DNA of 64,000 nucleotides, taken from NCBI GenBank assembly GCA_045641785.1, contig JAZUHP010000108.1, forward strand, positions 2,146 to 66,145, given 5' to 3'. Source of the stretch: Bacteroidaceae bacterium. Lineage in GTDB: Bacteria > Bacteroidota > Bacteroidia > Bacteroidales > Bacteroidaceae. How positions within the stretch are numbered: the first letter of the stretch is position 1; every line of letters begins with the position of its first letter. Shown here piece by piece: positions 9,071-18,200 of this stretch. The position numbers were made by a program, and so were the translations under genes. Below the pieces are notes generated by a model that ran no database searches, was not told where the DNA came from, and was given only the letters and a program-made list of their open reading frames with translations.

Positions 9071-9140
9071 TTTAACTATACAAAATGAAGTTTTGACACT
9101 TCTGAAACAACAAAGATTAACAACAAAAACAAAATAAAAT

Positions 9141-10328
9141 ATGAAGACTTACCAAGTTGACGAAAATGGTTACTACGGTGAATATGGTGGTGCCTACATT
9201 CCAGAGATCCTCTACAAGACTGTGGAGGACCTGAAGAAAGCTTATCTTCCTATTATCGAGAGCAAGGAGTTCAAGGATGAGTACTATGCTCTCCTCAAGG
9301 ACTATGTTGGACGCCCTTCACCACTCTACTATGCTAAGCGCATGAGTGAGAAGTATGGTTGCCAGCTCTATCTCAAGCGTGAAGATCTTAACCATACTGG
9401 AGCACACAAGATCAACAATGCTCTCGGTCAGATCCTCCTTGCAAAGAAGATGGGCAAGAAGCGCATCATCGCTGAGACTGGTGCAGGACAACATGGTGTG
9501 GCTACTGCTACTGCCTGTGCCCTTATGGATATGCCTTGTACTGTATATCAGGGCGCCCTTGATGTTCAGCGTCAGCATGTCAATGTGGAGCGTATGAGAA
9601 TGCTCGGTGCTACTGTTGTACCTGTTGAGTCTGGAAACAAGACTCTCAAGGATGCCACTAATGAGGCTATCCGTGACTGGTGCTGCCACCCTGCTGACAC
9701 CTTCTATATCATCGGTTCGACTGTAGGACCTCACCCATATCCTGATATGGTTGCCCGTCTCCAGAGTGTCATCTCTGAGGAAATCAAGTGGCAGCTTGAG
9801 GAAAAGATTGGTCGTGACTACCCAGACTATCTCATGGCATGTGTTGGAGGTGGTTCAAATGCAGCCGGAACAATATACCACTATATAGATGACGAGCGTG
9901 TGAAGATCATACTTGGTGAAGCTGGTGGACATGGTATTGAGAGTGGCGAGACTGCTGCATCAATGCAGGTTGGTACTACTGGTATCCTTCACGGTTCACG
10001 TATCAAGCTCATGCAGACAGAAGACGGTCAGATTATAGAACCATATTCTATCTCTGCCGGTCTTGACTATCCTGGTACTGGTCCTATCCATTGCAACCTC
10101 TACTCTACTGGTCGCGCCCAGGTTCTTCCTGCCAACGATGACGAGGCACTCAAGGCCGCATTCGAGCTTACTCGCATGGAGGGTATCATCCCTGCACTCG
10201 AAAGTGCCCATGCCCTCGCCCTCCTTCCAAAGGTGAAGGATCAGTTCACAAAGGACACTGTCGTCGTTCTTACTGTTAGTGGACGTGGCGACAAGGACCT
10301 CGACACATATCTTGCAAATCAGAAATAA
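9141..10328 (+). CDS. trpB: tryptophan synthase beta chain
   Basis: 395 aa with the PLP-lysine region LKREDLNHTGAHKINN and the GGGSNA motif. Confidence 0.95.
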   Translation: MKTYQVDENGYYGEYGGAYIPEILYKTVEDLKKAYLPIIESKEFKDEYYALLKDYVGRPSPLYYAKRMSEKYGCQLYLKREDLNHTGAHKINNALGQILLAKKMGKKRIIAETGAGQHGVATATACALMDMPCTVYQGALDVQRQHVNVERMRMLGATVVPVESGNKTLKDATNEAIRDWCCHPADTFYIIGSTVGPHPYPDMVARLQSVISEEIKWQLEEKIGRDYPDYLMACVGGGSNAAGTIYHYIDDERVKIILGEAGGHGIESGETAASMQVGTTGILHGSRIKLMQTEDGQIIEPYSISAGLDYPGTGPIHCNLYSTGRAQVLPANDDEALKAAFELTRMEGIIPALESAHALALLPKVKDQFTKDTVVVLTVSGRGDKDLDTYLANQK

Positions 10329-10341
10329 CGAACGTCTGACT

Positions 10342-11736
10342 ATGTATAAATATCATACAGCATCCAAGAAAATTCTTGGAGACCTTAACACTCCTGTAAG
10401 CACATATCTCAAGGTACGTGATGCTTACCCTCAGAGTGCTCTGATGGAATCATCCGACTACCATGGAGGCGAGAACTCTAAGTCGTTCATCGGTCTTCAT
10501 CCTATAGCAAGCATCTCTATCGAGCATGGTGTAGGTAAGGCTAAGTATCCGGACGGAACACAGACCGAGCATCCTATCACTAAGGACTATGGTTCTGCTC
10601 AGGTCATCAACGAGTTCCTCCATTCATTTGAAATAACTGGAGACAACGCAAACTACTGCGGTCTTTATGGATATACATCATTCAATGCTGTACGTTACTT
10701 CGAGAACATCAATGTGAAGGATGAGACTCAGCAGGAGAATGATGCACCTGACCTCCTATACATACTTTATAAGGATATCATCGTCTTTGACCACTTCCGC
10801 AACGAGATGATTCTTATTGAACTTCTCTCTGAAGGTGAGGAAGATGACCTTGACCAGCTTGAGCGTGACTGTAACAGTCGTGCATACCAGGCATACGGAT
10901 TCAAACCTGTAGGCGACTACTGGTCTACACTCACAGATGATGAGCATCGCGAGAATATCCGCAAGGGCATTCAGCACTGCCTCCGTGGTGATGTGTTCCA
11001 GATTGTGCTTGCCCGCAGATTCAAGCAGAAGTTTGAGGGTGATGACTTCAAACTCTACCGTGCTCTCCGTAGCATCAATCCAAGTCCTTACCTCTTCTAC
11101 TTCGACTTTGGCGGTTTCCGTATCTTCGGTTCGTCACCAGAGACTCACTGCCGCATAGAAGGAAAGAAGGCGTACATCGACCCTATCGCTGGAACAACAA
11201 AGCGTACCGGTGATGCTGAGCAGGATCGCAAGAATGCACTCTACCTTCAGAATGACCCTAAGGAGAATGCAGAGCATGTGATGCTCGTTGACCTTGCACG
11301 TAACGACCTCAGTCGTAACTGCCATAATGTAAAGGTGGACTTCTACAAGGATATGCAGTTCTACAGCCATGTCATTCATCTCGTTTCACGAGTTAGCGGT
11401 GAACTTGACGAGGGAGCAGATCCAATACAGGCATTCATCGACACATTCCCAGCAGGTACCCTTAGTGGAGCGCCAAAGGTTAGAGCCATGCAGCTCATCT
11501 CCGAATACGAGCCACATTGCCGTGGTGCATACGGTGGATGTATCGGATTCATCGGTTTCAATGGCAATCTCAACCAGGCTATCACTATCCGTACATTCGT
11601 GAGCCGTAACAATGAACTGTGGTTCCAGGCTGGTGGTGGTATCGTTGCCAAGAGCGACGTGGAATATGAGCTTCAGGAAGTAAACAATAAATTAGGTGCT
11701 TTACGCAAAGCAATCAATATAGCTGAATCATTATGA
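10342..11736 (+). CDS. trpE: anthranilate synthase component I
   Basis: Chorismate-binding enzyme motifs (LESS-like MESSDYHG, GAYGGCIGF, GGGIVAKSD). Start set at ATG 10342 (MYKYHTASKK), after the trpB stop. Confidence 0.9.
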   Translation: MYKYHTASKKILGDLNTPVSTYLKVRDAYPQSALMESSDYHGGENSKSFIGLHPIASISIEHGVGKAKYPDGTQTEHPITKDYGSAQVINEFLHSFEITGDNANYCGLYGYTSFNAVRYFENINVKDETQQENDAPDLLYILYKDIIVFDHFRNEMILIELLSEGEEDDLDQLERDCNSRAYQAYGFKPVGDYWSTLTDDEHRENIRKGIQHCLRGDVFQIVLARRFKQKFEGDDFKLYRALRSINPSPYLFYFDFGGFRIFGSSPETHCRIEGKKAYIDPIAGTTKRTGDAEQDRKNALYLQNDPKENAEHVMLVDLARNDLSRNCHNVKVDFYKDMQFYSHVIHLVSRVSGELDEGADPIQAFIDTFPAGTLSGAPKVRAMQLISEYEPHCRGAYGGCIGFIGFNGNLNQAITIRTFVSRNNELWFQAGGGIVAKSDVEYELQEVNNKLGALRKAINIAESL

Positions 11737-12296
11737 AAATTGTAATTATTGACAACTATGACTCATTCACATACAACTTGAGTCATCTCGTAAAAGAGTT
11801 AGGAGCTGAGGTTACTGTTTATCGTAATGATCAGTTCAAGATGGAGCAGCTTGAGGAGTTTGACAAGATCATTCTCTCTCCTGGTCCTGGTATTCCTTGC
11901 GAGGCAGGTCTTCTACTTGATGTTATAAAGGCTTATGCAGGCAAGAAACCAATCCTTGGTGTTTGTCTTGGTCATCAGGCTATCGGAGAGAGTTTCGGGG
12001 GTACCCTCACAAACATCGGTCAGGTTGTTCATGGTGTAGCTACTCCATGCCACATCACCTCTGATGACTATCTTTTCGAGGGACTTGCAAAGGATATAGA
12101 GATTGGCCGCTACCACTCATGGGTGGTTGACAAGGAGGGATTCCCAGAGTGCCTTGAAGTTACAAGTGTAAGCGATGAGGGATTCATCATGTCACTCCGT
12201 CACAAGGAATATGATGTTCGTGGCATTCAGTATCACCCAGAGTCTGTTCTTACTCCAGACGGAAAGACTATCATCGGCAACTGGCTGAAACATTAA
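11733..12296 (+). CDS. trpG: anthranilate synthase component II (glutamine amidotransferase)
   Basis: Class-I GATase triad context (GVCLGHQ, YHPES). There is an ATGA overlap with the trpE stop. Confidence 0.9.
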   Translation: MKIVIIDNYDSFTYNLSHLVKELGAEVTVYRNDQFKMEQLEEFDKIILSPGPGIPCEAGLLLDVIKAYAGKKPILGVCLGHQAIGESFGGTLTNIGQVVHGVATPCHITSDDYLFEGLAKDIEIGRYHSWVVDKEGFPECLEVTSVSDEGFIMSLRHKEYDVRGIQYHPESVLTPDGKTIIGNWLKH

Positions 12297-12365
12297 AAGT
12301 CATGAAAACTTCTATAATATACTCTATAGAACACAAGTAAACCAAGCTTTGTTTAGTAGGTGTCA

Positions 12366-12532
12366 AAGGGAGTTAAGAGATGTAAAAAGACGAATGTTCA
12401 GTTAACAGTTAACAATTAACAGTTAACAACGGCCGTCCGGGGTGTCAGTTAACAACGAATTTCATCCAAGAGTATCGTCTTTTAGCTCCCTAAGCGAAGG
12501 AGCGATAACTTCTTTTAACTCCTTTTCACTCC
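12366..12532. repeat. hairpin-forming composite repeat inside the trp operon (family A arms flanking GTTAAC words)
   Basis: The left arm is gggagttaagagatgtaaaaagacgaatg. The core holds 4 GTTAAC sites (12401, 12408, 12422, 12448). The right arm is tcgtcttttagctccc...cttttaactccttttcactcc. aaaagacga pairs with tcgtctttt. Confidence 0.8.
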
Positions 12533-12567
12533 ATAAAGGAGTATGTTAGGCAAAAACAAATACACAA

Positions 12568-13563
12568 ATGAAACAATATCTTTTAAGACTCATAAACGGT
12601 GAGACTCTTTCACAGGAAGATACTTACCAGATTATGCTCAACATCACTAAAGAGCAATATAACGAACAGCAGATCGCTGCTCTTCTCATGGCTATCCAGA
12701 CTCGTGGAGCTACAGTTGAGGAGATCCTCGGTTTCCGTCAGGGACTCCTTGAGACTGGTAAGTATATCAACTTTGAGGATATGGACACCCTCGATATCGT
12801 AGGTACTGGTGGTGATGGAAAGAATACCTTCAACATCTCTACATGTTCTGCATTCGTAATCGCTGGTGCTGGATATAAGGTCAGCAAGCATGGCAATGGA
12901 GGCAGTTCTTCTGTCAGCGGTGCAAGCAATGTCCTCCAAGGTCATGGCGTAAAGTTCACAGATGATGAGAGCAAGCTTCGCAAGAGTCTTGACGAGGCAG
13001 GTATATGCTATTTCCATGCCCCACTCTTCGCATACGGAATGAAGTTTGTTGGTCCTACTCGCAAGGCACTTGCTGTTCCTACCTGCTTCAACATCCTTGG
13101 CCCTCTTGTTAACCCTTGCCACCCAAAGAACTCTCTTCACGGTACTGCAAACCAGAGTCAGCTCCGTCTCTACACTAATATCCACCAGCAGATTGGTGAC
13201 AACTATGGTGTCGTCACTTCCTATGACGGATATGACGAGATATCCCTCACTTCTGGTTTCAAGATCTGCACAAACAACTTCGAGAAAGTTCTCACTCCTG
13301 TTGACCTCGGTCTTAAGTATATTGAGCAGAAGGACATCTATGGTGGTGAAACTGCAGAGGAAGCAATGAAGATTTTCGATGCAGTTCTTGAGGGTACTGC
13401 TACAGAGGCTCAGACAAATGTAGTAATTGCAAATGCTGCGTGCGGTATTAGCGTAATGAACAAGAACGCCTCTATGGCAGACTCTGTTGCCATGGCTCGC
13501 GAGTCACTTGAAAGTGGTAAGGCACTTACTACATTCAAGAAGTTCGTTGAAATAAATTCTTAA
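12568..13563 (+). CDS. trpD: anthranilate phosphoribosyltransferase
   Basis: 331 aa with DIVGTGGDGKNTFNIST and KHGNGGSSS motifs. Confidence 0.95.
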   Translation: MKQYLLRLINGETLSQEDTYQIMLNITKEQYNEQQIAALLMAIQTRGATVEEILGFRQGLLETGKYINFEDMDTLDIVGTGGDGKNTFNISTCSAFVIAGAGYKVSKHGNGGSSSVSGASNVLQGHGVKFTDDESKLRKSLDEAGICYFHAPLFAYGMKFVGPTRKALAVPTCFNILGPLVNPCHPKNSLHGTANQSQLRLYTNIHQQIGDNYGVVTSYDGYDEISLTSGFKICTNNFEKVLTPVDLGLKYIEQKDIYGGETAEEAMKIFDAVLEGTATEAQTNVVIANAACGISVMNKNASMADSVAMARESLESGKALTTFKKFVEINS

Positions 13564-13565
13564 TT

Positions 13566-14369
13566 ATGGCAAAGGATATTCTTGAAGAAATAGTTGCATA
13601 CAAGCGTATTGAGGTTGCTCAGCAGAAAGAAGCTGTTGCACCTGCAATACTCTACAAGCAGGTTGAGAAGATGATGGCAGAAGGCAATTACTCTAAATTG
13701 TCCATGCGTGACTCTTTGGCACAGTCTGCCTCAGGTATCATATCTGAGTTCAAGCGCAAGTCTCCTTCTAAGGGATGGATCAAGGAAGAAGGAAAGCCAG
13801 AGATCATCCCTGCATCATATTCTGACAACGGTGCCTCTGCAATCTCTATCCTTACTGACGAGAAGTATTTTGGCGGTAGCATGGAGTTTGTAAAGATTGC
13901 CCGTCCAATGGTAAAGTGCCCTATTCTTCGCAAGGACTTCATCGTTGATGAGTACCAGCTTTTCCAGGCAAGGGAGATTGGTGCAAATGCTGTGCTTCTC
14001 ATCGCAGCAGACCTTACAAAGGACGAGTGCAAGTCACTTGCCAAGACTGCTCATGAACTTGGACTTGAGACATTACTTGAGGTACACTCAGAACCTGAAC
14101 TTGAATATGTGGGTGACAACATCGACATGGTTGGTGTGAACAACCGTAACCTCGGCACATTCCATACTGATGTACAGAACTCATACAAGCTTGCCGGACT
14201 TCTCCCACAGGATTATCTCCTCGTGAGCGAGAGTGGAATAAGCAATCCTGATACTGTCCGTGAACTCCGTCAGGCTGGTTTCCGAGGATTCCTTATCGGT
14301 GAGACATTCATGAAGACTCCAAATCCAGGAGAGGCTCTGAACGAATTTATCAAACAGGTTGTAAGATGA
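13566..14369 (+). CDS. trpC: indole-3-glycerol phosphate synthase
   Basis: 267 aa with IISEFKRKSPSKG and ILRKDFIVDEYQ motifs. Confidence 0.95.
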   Translation: MAKDILEEIVAYKRIEVAQQKEAVAPAILYKQVEKMMAEGNYSKLSMRDSLAQSASGIISEFKRKSPSKGWIKEEGKPEIIPASYSDNGASAISILTDEKYFGGSMEFVKIARPMVKCPILRKDFIVDEYQLFQAREIGANAVLLIAADLTKDECKSLAKTAHELGLETLLEVHSEPELEYVGDNIDMVGVNNRNLGTFHTDVQNSYKLAGLLPQDYLLVSESGISNPDTVRELRQAGFRGFLIGETFMKTPNPGEALNEFIKQVVR

Positions 14370-14998
14370 TCATCAAGGTATGCGGAATGCGTGATGCCGC
14401 TAATATAAAGGATATTGACGATATCTCTGCCGTTGACTGGATGGGATTTATTTTCTTTGCTCCAAGCAAGAGGAATGTGACTATCCTTCCGGAATACATG
14501 CCTAAGCATAAGAAACGTGTAGGAGTGTTCGTTAATGCTGACTATGATTTCATCATCGACCGTATCAACGAATTTGGTTTTAACCTTGTACAGCTTCATG
14601 GTGACGAGTCGCCAGAATACTGTAAGGACCTTCGTGGTAAAGTACCTTCCGATGTCAAGTTTATCAAGATGATACAGATTGCCAATCTTGATGACATAAA
14701 GAAGGTTGCAGAATATGAAGGAATAGTGGACTATTTCTTATTTGAGACCAAATATCAGGGATATGGCGGTAGTGGACAGCAGTTTGACTGGGATATCCTC
14801 AACAACTACAATGGTGACATTCCGTTCCTGATAACAGGAGGGATAGGTGCTGACGATGCAGACAAGGTAAATGCATTCTCACACCCTATGTTTGCTGGCA
14901 TTGACCTGAACAGCAAGTTTGAGGTTTCTCCTGCTCTTAAGGATATTGATGCTATCAAACAGTTTGTATCAAAGATAAATGATGATTCTCGCAAATAG
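14366..14998 (+). CDS. trpF: phosphoribosylanthranilate isomerase
   Basis: 210 aa starting MIIKVCGM. ATGA overlap with trpC. Contains VQLHGDE. Confidence 0.9.
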   Translation: MIIKVCGMRDAANIKDIDDISAVDWMGFIFFAPSKRNVTILPEYMPKHKKRVGVFVNADYDFIIDRINEFGFNLVQLHGDESPEYCKDLRGKVPSDVKFIKMIQIANLDDIKKVAEYEGIVDYFLFETKYQGYGGSGQQFDWDILNNYNGDIPFLITGGIGADDADKVNAFSHPMFAGIDLNSKFEVSPALKDIDAIKQFVSKINDDSRK

Positions 14999-15031
14999 TA
15001 TAATTGTAAATTGTAAAATCTTAAATAGGTT

Positions 15032-15805
15032 ATGAACAGAATTAACAATTTGTTCGCTACAAAGAGCGAAAAAATACTTTCAATATATTTCTGTGCTGGT
15101 CACCCTACACTTGAAGGTACAGCAGATACTATCAAGACACTTGAGAAGAAAGGTGTTGACATGATTGAGGTTGGTGTTCCATTCAGCGATCCTATGGCTG
15201 ACGGTCCTGTTATCCAGGATGCTGCTACAAAGGCACTCAAGAACGGTATGACTCTCAAGAAGCTTTTCTCACAGATGGAGGGCATTCGTAACGAAGTAAG
15301 TATTCCGCTTATCTTCATGGGCTACCTCAACCCTATCATGCAGTTCGGTTTTGAGAACTTCTGCAAGAGATGTGTTGAGGTTGGCATTGACGGTGTCATC
15401 ATTCCTGACCTTCCTTTCAAGGACTATCTTGAGGACTACAAGCCTATTGCGGACAAGTATGACATCCGTATCATCATGCTCATCACTCCTGAGACAAGTG
15501 ATGAACGTATACGTTTCATTGACGACAACACAGACGGTTTCATCTATATGGTTTCTTCTGCTGCCATCACTGGTGCCCAGAAAGAGTTCAACGATGCTAA
15601 GCAGGCATACTTCTCACGCATCAACAGCATGAACCTTAAGCACCCACGTATGATTGGTTTCGGTATCAGCAACAAGCAGACTCTCGAGGCTGCCCAGAAT
15701 AACGCTGCAGGTGCAATCATTGGTAGTAAGTTTGTTAGTCTTTTCGAAGAAACAGGCAATGCTGCTACAGCAATGGATAAACTTCTCAACGCTCTCAATG
15801 AATAA
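15032..15805 (+). CDS. trpA: tryptophan synthase alpha chain
   Basis: 257 aa with [16 protein letters not shown] and GFGIS motifs. Confidence 0.95.
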   Translation: MNRINNLFATKSEKILSIYFCAGHPTLEGTADTIKTLEKKGVDMIEVGVPFSDPMADGPVIQDAATKALKNGMTLKKLFSQMEGIRNEVSIPLIFMGYLNPIMQFGFENFCKRCVEVGIDGVIIPDLPFKDYLEDYKPIADKYDIRIIMLITPETSDERIRFIDDNTDGFIYMVSSAAITGAQKEFNDAKQAYFSRINSMNLKHPRMIGFGISNKQTLEAAQNNAAGAIIGSKFVSLFEETGNAATAMDKLLNALNE

Positions 15806-15811
15806 TCTCAA

Positions 15812-16915
15812 ATGAAAAGAGTTCTTTTACTCATTGCAATCATTGCAATGTGTTTACCAGGCATTGCTCAGACAAAAACAAATACGACAACAAAGAACAA
15901 CTCAAAAGTTGTAATTATAAAGAAGAAGGTAACAAAAGCTGAAGCAGAGAGAATAGAGAAAGAGAAAAAAGAAGCAGCTAAAAAAGCTGCAGAAGCAAAG
16001 AGACTTGCAGAAAAGAAACAAGCAGAGAAGGATGCAGAAGAAGCAAGATTAGCAGAAGCTGCGAACTGTGGTTATCTTTGCAACACTCCTCTTCCCTATC
16101 TGCCTGCTAAACTTGACATCCTTTTCATCGGTAACTCTTTCGCTATCGATACAAGTACAGCTCTTCCTGAGATCTTTAACTGTCTTGGACTTAGCAATGT
16201 GAATGTATATGTTCTCTACAAGGGTGGATGCTCAATGAAAGAGCATTACAACTATTACAAGAACGGAGAAAAGGTTTATGAACTTTGGCAGTACAATATC
16301 CGTGGGGAACAGAAACTTGAGTCCGCAACAAGCATCAGCAACGTGATGAGCCGTTTCCCATACGATGTTGTTATCTTCCAGCAGTATTCACTTGATTCTG
16401 GTGACTATTCAAGTTACGAGCCTTACCTATCAAAAATCATTCAGGCTTACAACATTAACAAGATTGGTTCACGCACAACATTCGCTTTCAATCAGACATG
16501 GTCTTACAGTTCAAAGCACAAGAATATTACCAAGTACAAGAACCCAGAGAACATGTACAAGAAGATTTGCGAATCTGTTAAGAGAATGAAATCTGCATCT
16601 GGTATTGACATTGTCATTCCATGTGGTACAGCTGTTCAAAATGCAAGGAAAGTGCCTTCACTTGTTTCGGACAATGAGTTTACACGAGATAATCAGCACA
16701 TAGATTATTACATGGGGCGTTACCTTCTTGCATGCACATTCTTTGAGTCAATCATTGCTCCATGCACAGGAAGAAACCTGCGTGATGACTTTACTATATA
16801 CGGTAAGTCAAACACTAATAATCAAGTAAACAATTCAAACAGAAGGATACTACAAAACTGTGCTCGTTTAGCTGTAGCAAACAACTTTGAAGTATCTGAA
16901 TTTGTTGGCGAATAA
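15812..16915 (+). CDS. secreted SGNH-like (DUF4886-type) protein with a Lys/Glu/Ala-rich N-terminal linker
   Basis: Signal peptide, then a KEA-rich stretch, then LFIGNSF and a C-terminal DNQHID. It starts only 6 nt after the trpA stop. Confidence 0.55.
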   Translation: MKRVLLLIAIIAMCLPGIAQTKTNTTTKNNSKVVIIKKKVTKAEAERIEKEKKEAAKKAAEAKRLAEKKQAEKDAEEARLAEAANCGYLCNTPLPYLPAKLDILFIGNSFAIDTSTALPEIFNCLGLSNVNVYVLYKGGCSMKEHYNYYKNGEKVYELWQYNIRGEQKLESATSISNVMSRFPYDVVIFQQYSLDSGDYSSYEPYLSKIIQAYNINKIGSRTTFAFNQTWSYSSKHKNITKYKNPENMYKKICESVKRMKSASGIDIVIPCGTAVQNARKVPSLVSDNEFTRDNQHIDYYMGRYLLACTFFESIIAPCTGRNLRDDFTIYGKSNTNNQVNNSNRRILQNCARLAVANNFEVSEFVGE

Positions 16916-16967
16916 GCATAAAAGGCAAAAAATACATTTTTTAATTAGAGGTTTTACAAAAATAGTG

Positions 16968-16975
16968 TATCTTTG
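16968..16975 (+). promoter_or_regulatory. -7 promoter box (TAtcTTTG)
   Basis: Exact TAnnTTTG, 20 nt upstream of ATG 16995. Confidence 0.5.
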
Positions 16976-16994
16976 CAGAAATTTTGTGCCTATC

Positions 16995-18191
16995 ATGCAA
17001 GTATTTTTAAGATATATATACACAATTATACTGTCCTTCCTCTGCATTAGTGGAGTTAGGGCAGATAATTTGCGTATATCCCTTCTTACATGCTCACCTG
17101 GTAATGATGCCTATGCCCACTTTGGACATACTGCTATTCGTGTTGTAGACTACGACACTTACCAGGATGAAGTTTACAACTATGGATGTTTCGACTATAA
17201 CGAAAGCATGTTCATATACAAGTTCATAAAGGGTGAAACCGATTATGTACTTGGTGTTGAACCTGCAAAATACTTCTTCTACCGATACCAGACAATGGGA
17301 CTTCAGGTTGAAGAACAAGTGTTAAATTTCTCCAACGAAGAAGCTATTAACATAGTTCGTCTTCTTGAGGAGAACCTTCTACCTGAGAATGTTGAATATA
17401 GATACAACTATCTCTATGACAACTGCACCACTCGTGCAAGAAACGTGATTGAGAGTGCTTTGACTGACGATATCGTCTACAAGAAAGCACCCATCAAACT
17501 GACAGCACGAGAGGAGCTACATAAGTTTATGCAGAAAGCCCCCTGGCTACGGTTTGGTATAGATCTTGTTCTTGGAGAAAAACTCGACGACAAAGATTTT
17601 GACCAGCGTCACCAGATGTTCATACCATCTCACTACGAGGCTGAACTTGACTCTGCATTTATTCTGTTGGAAGACGGTACGGAGAAACCACTCGTAGGAG
17701 ACAAGCACACTATACTTGTTGCAAATCCAGAAATGCAGGAGCAAGCGCCATTCATTACTCCAATGATGGTTCTTATCCTTTTGGGGCTTGTTATTATATA
17801 TTTCTGTATTCAGGATATAATGAGAAAGCATGTTTCCTACTGGATAGATATAACTCTAAGCTCAATCCAAGGACTTGCAGGTATCATTGTTGCATTCCTT
17901 TTCTTCTGTTCTGAGCATCCTACAGTAGACAGCAACTGGTTGGTTATAATATTAAACCCACTTTATCTCTTATACGCTGCTTATCTTGGCTATTGTGCTT
18001 GGAAAAAGAAAGCAAACATGATTGTATCAGTCAATATGGCAGTATTAGGTGTATTCTTTGTCATGATGATGTTTGTAAAACAGGCATTCTCGACAGAGAT
18101 TTATCTCATGGCATTCCTTTTGCTATTGAGAGCAATAACAGCATATACTGTTGAAAAAAGAAAAAGAAAACACATTAACCATCAAAAATAA
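16995..18191 (+). CDS. DUF4105-family (Lnb N-terminal domain) membrane protein
   Basis: Contains SLLTCSPGNDAYAHFGHTAIRV after the signal peptide, and C-terminal TM helices. Start set at ATG 16995, downstream of the promoter box. Confidence 0.7.
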   Translation: MQVFLRYIYTIILSFLCISGVRADNLRISLLTCSPGNDAYAHFGHTAIRVVDYDTYQDEVYNYGCFDYNESMFIYKFIKGETDYVLGVEPAKYFFYRYQTMGLQVEEQVLNFSNEEAINIVRLLEENLLPENVEYRYNYLYDNCTTRARNVIESALTDDIVYKKAPIKLTAREELHKFMQKAPWLRFGIDLVLGEKLDDKDFDQRHQMFIPSHYEAELDSAFILLEDGTEKPLVGDKHTILVANPEMQEQAPFITPMMVLILLGLVIIYFCIQDIMRKHVSYWIDITLSSIQGLAGIIVAFLFFCSEHPTVDSNWLVIILNPLYLLYAAYLGYCAWKKKANMIVSVNMAVLGVFFVMMMFVKQAFSTEIYLMAFLLLLRAITAYTVEKRKRKHINHQK

Positions 18192-18200
18192 AGTAAACTC

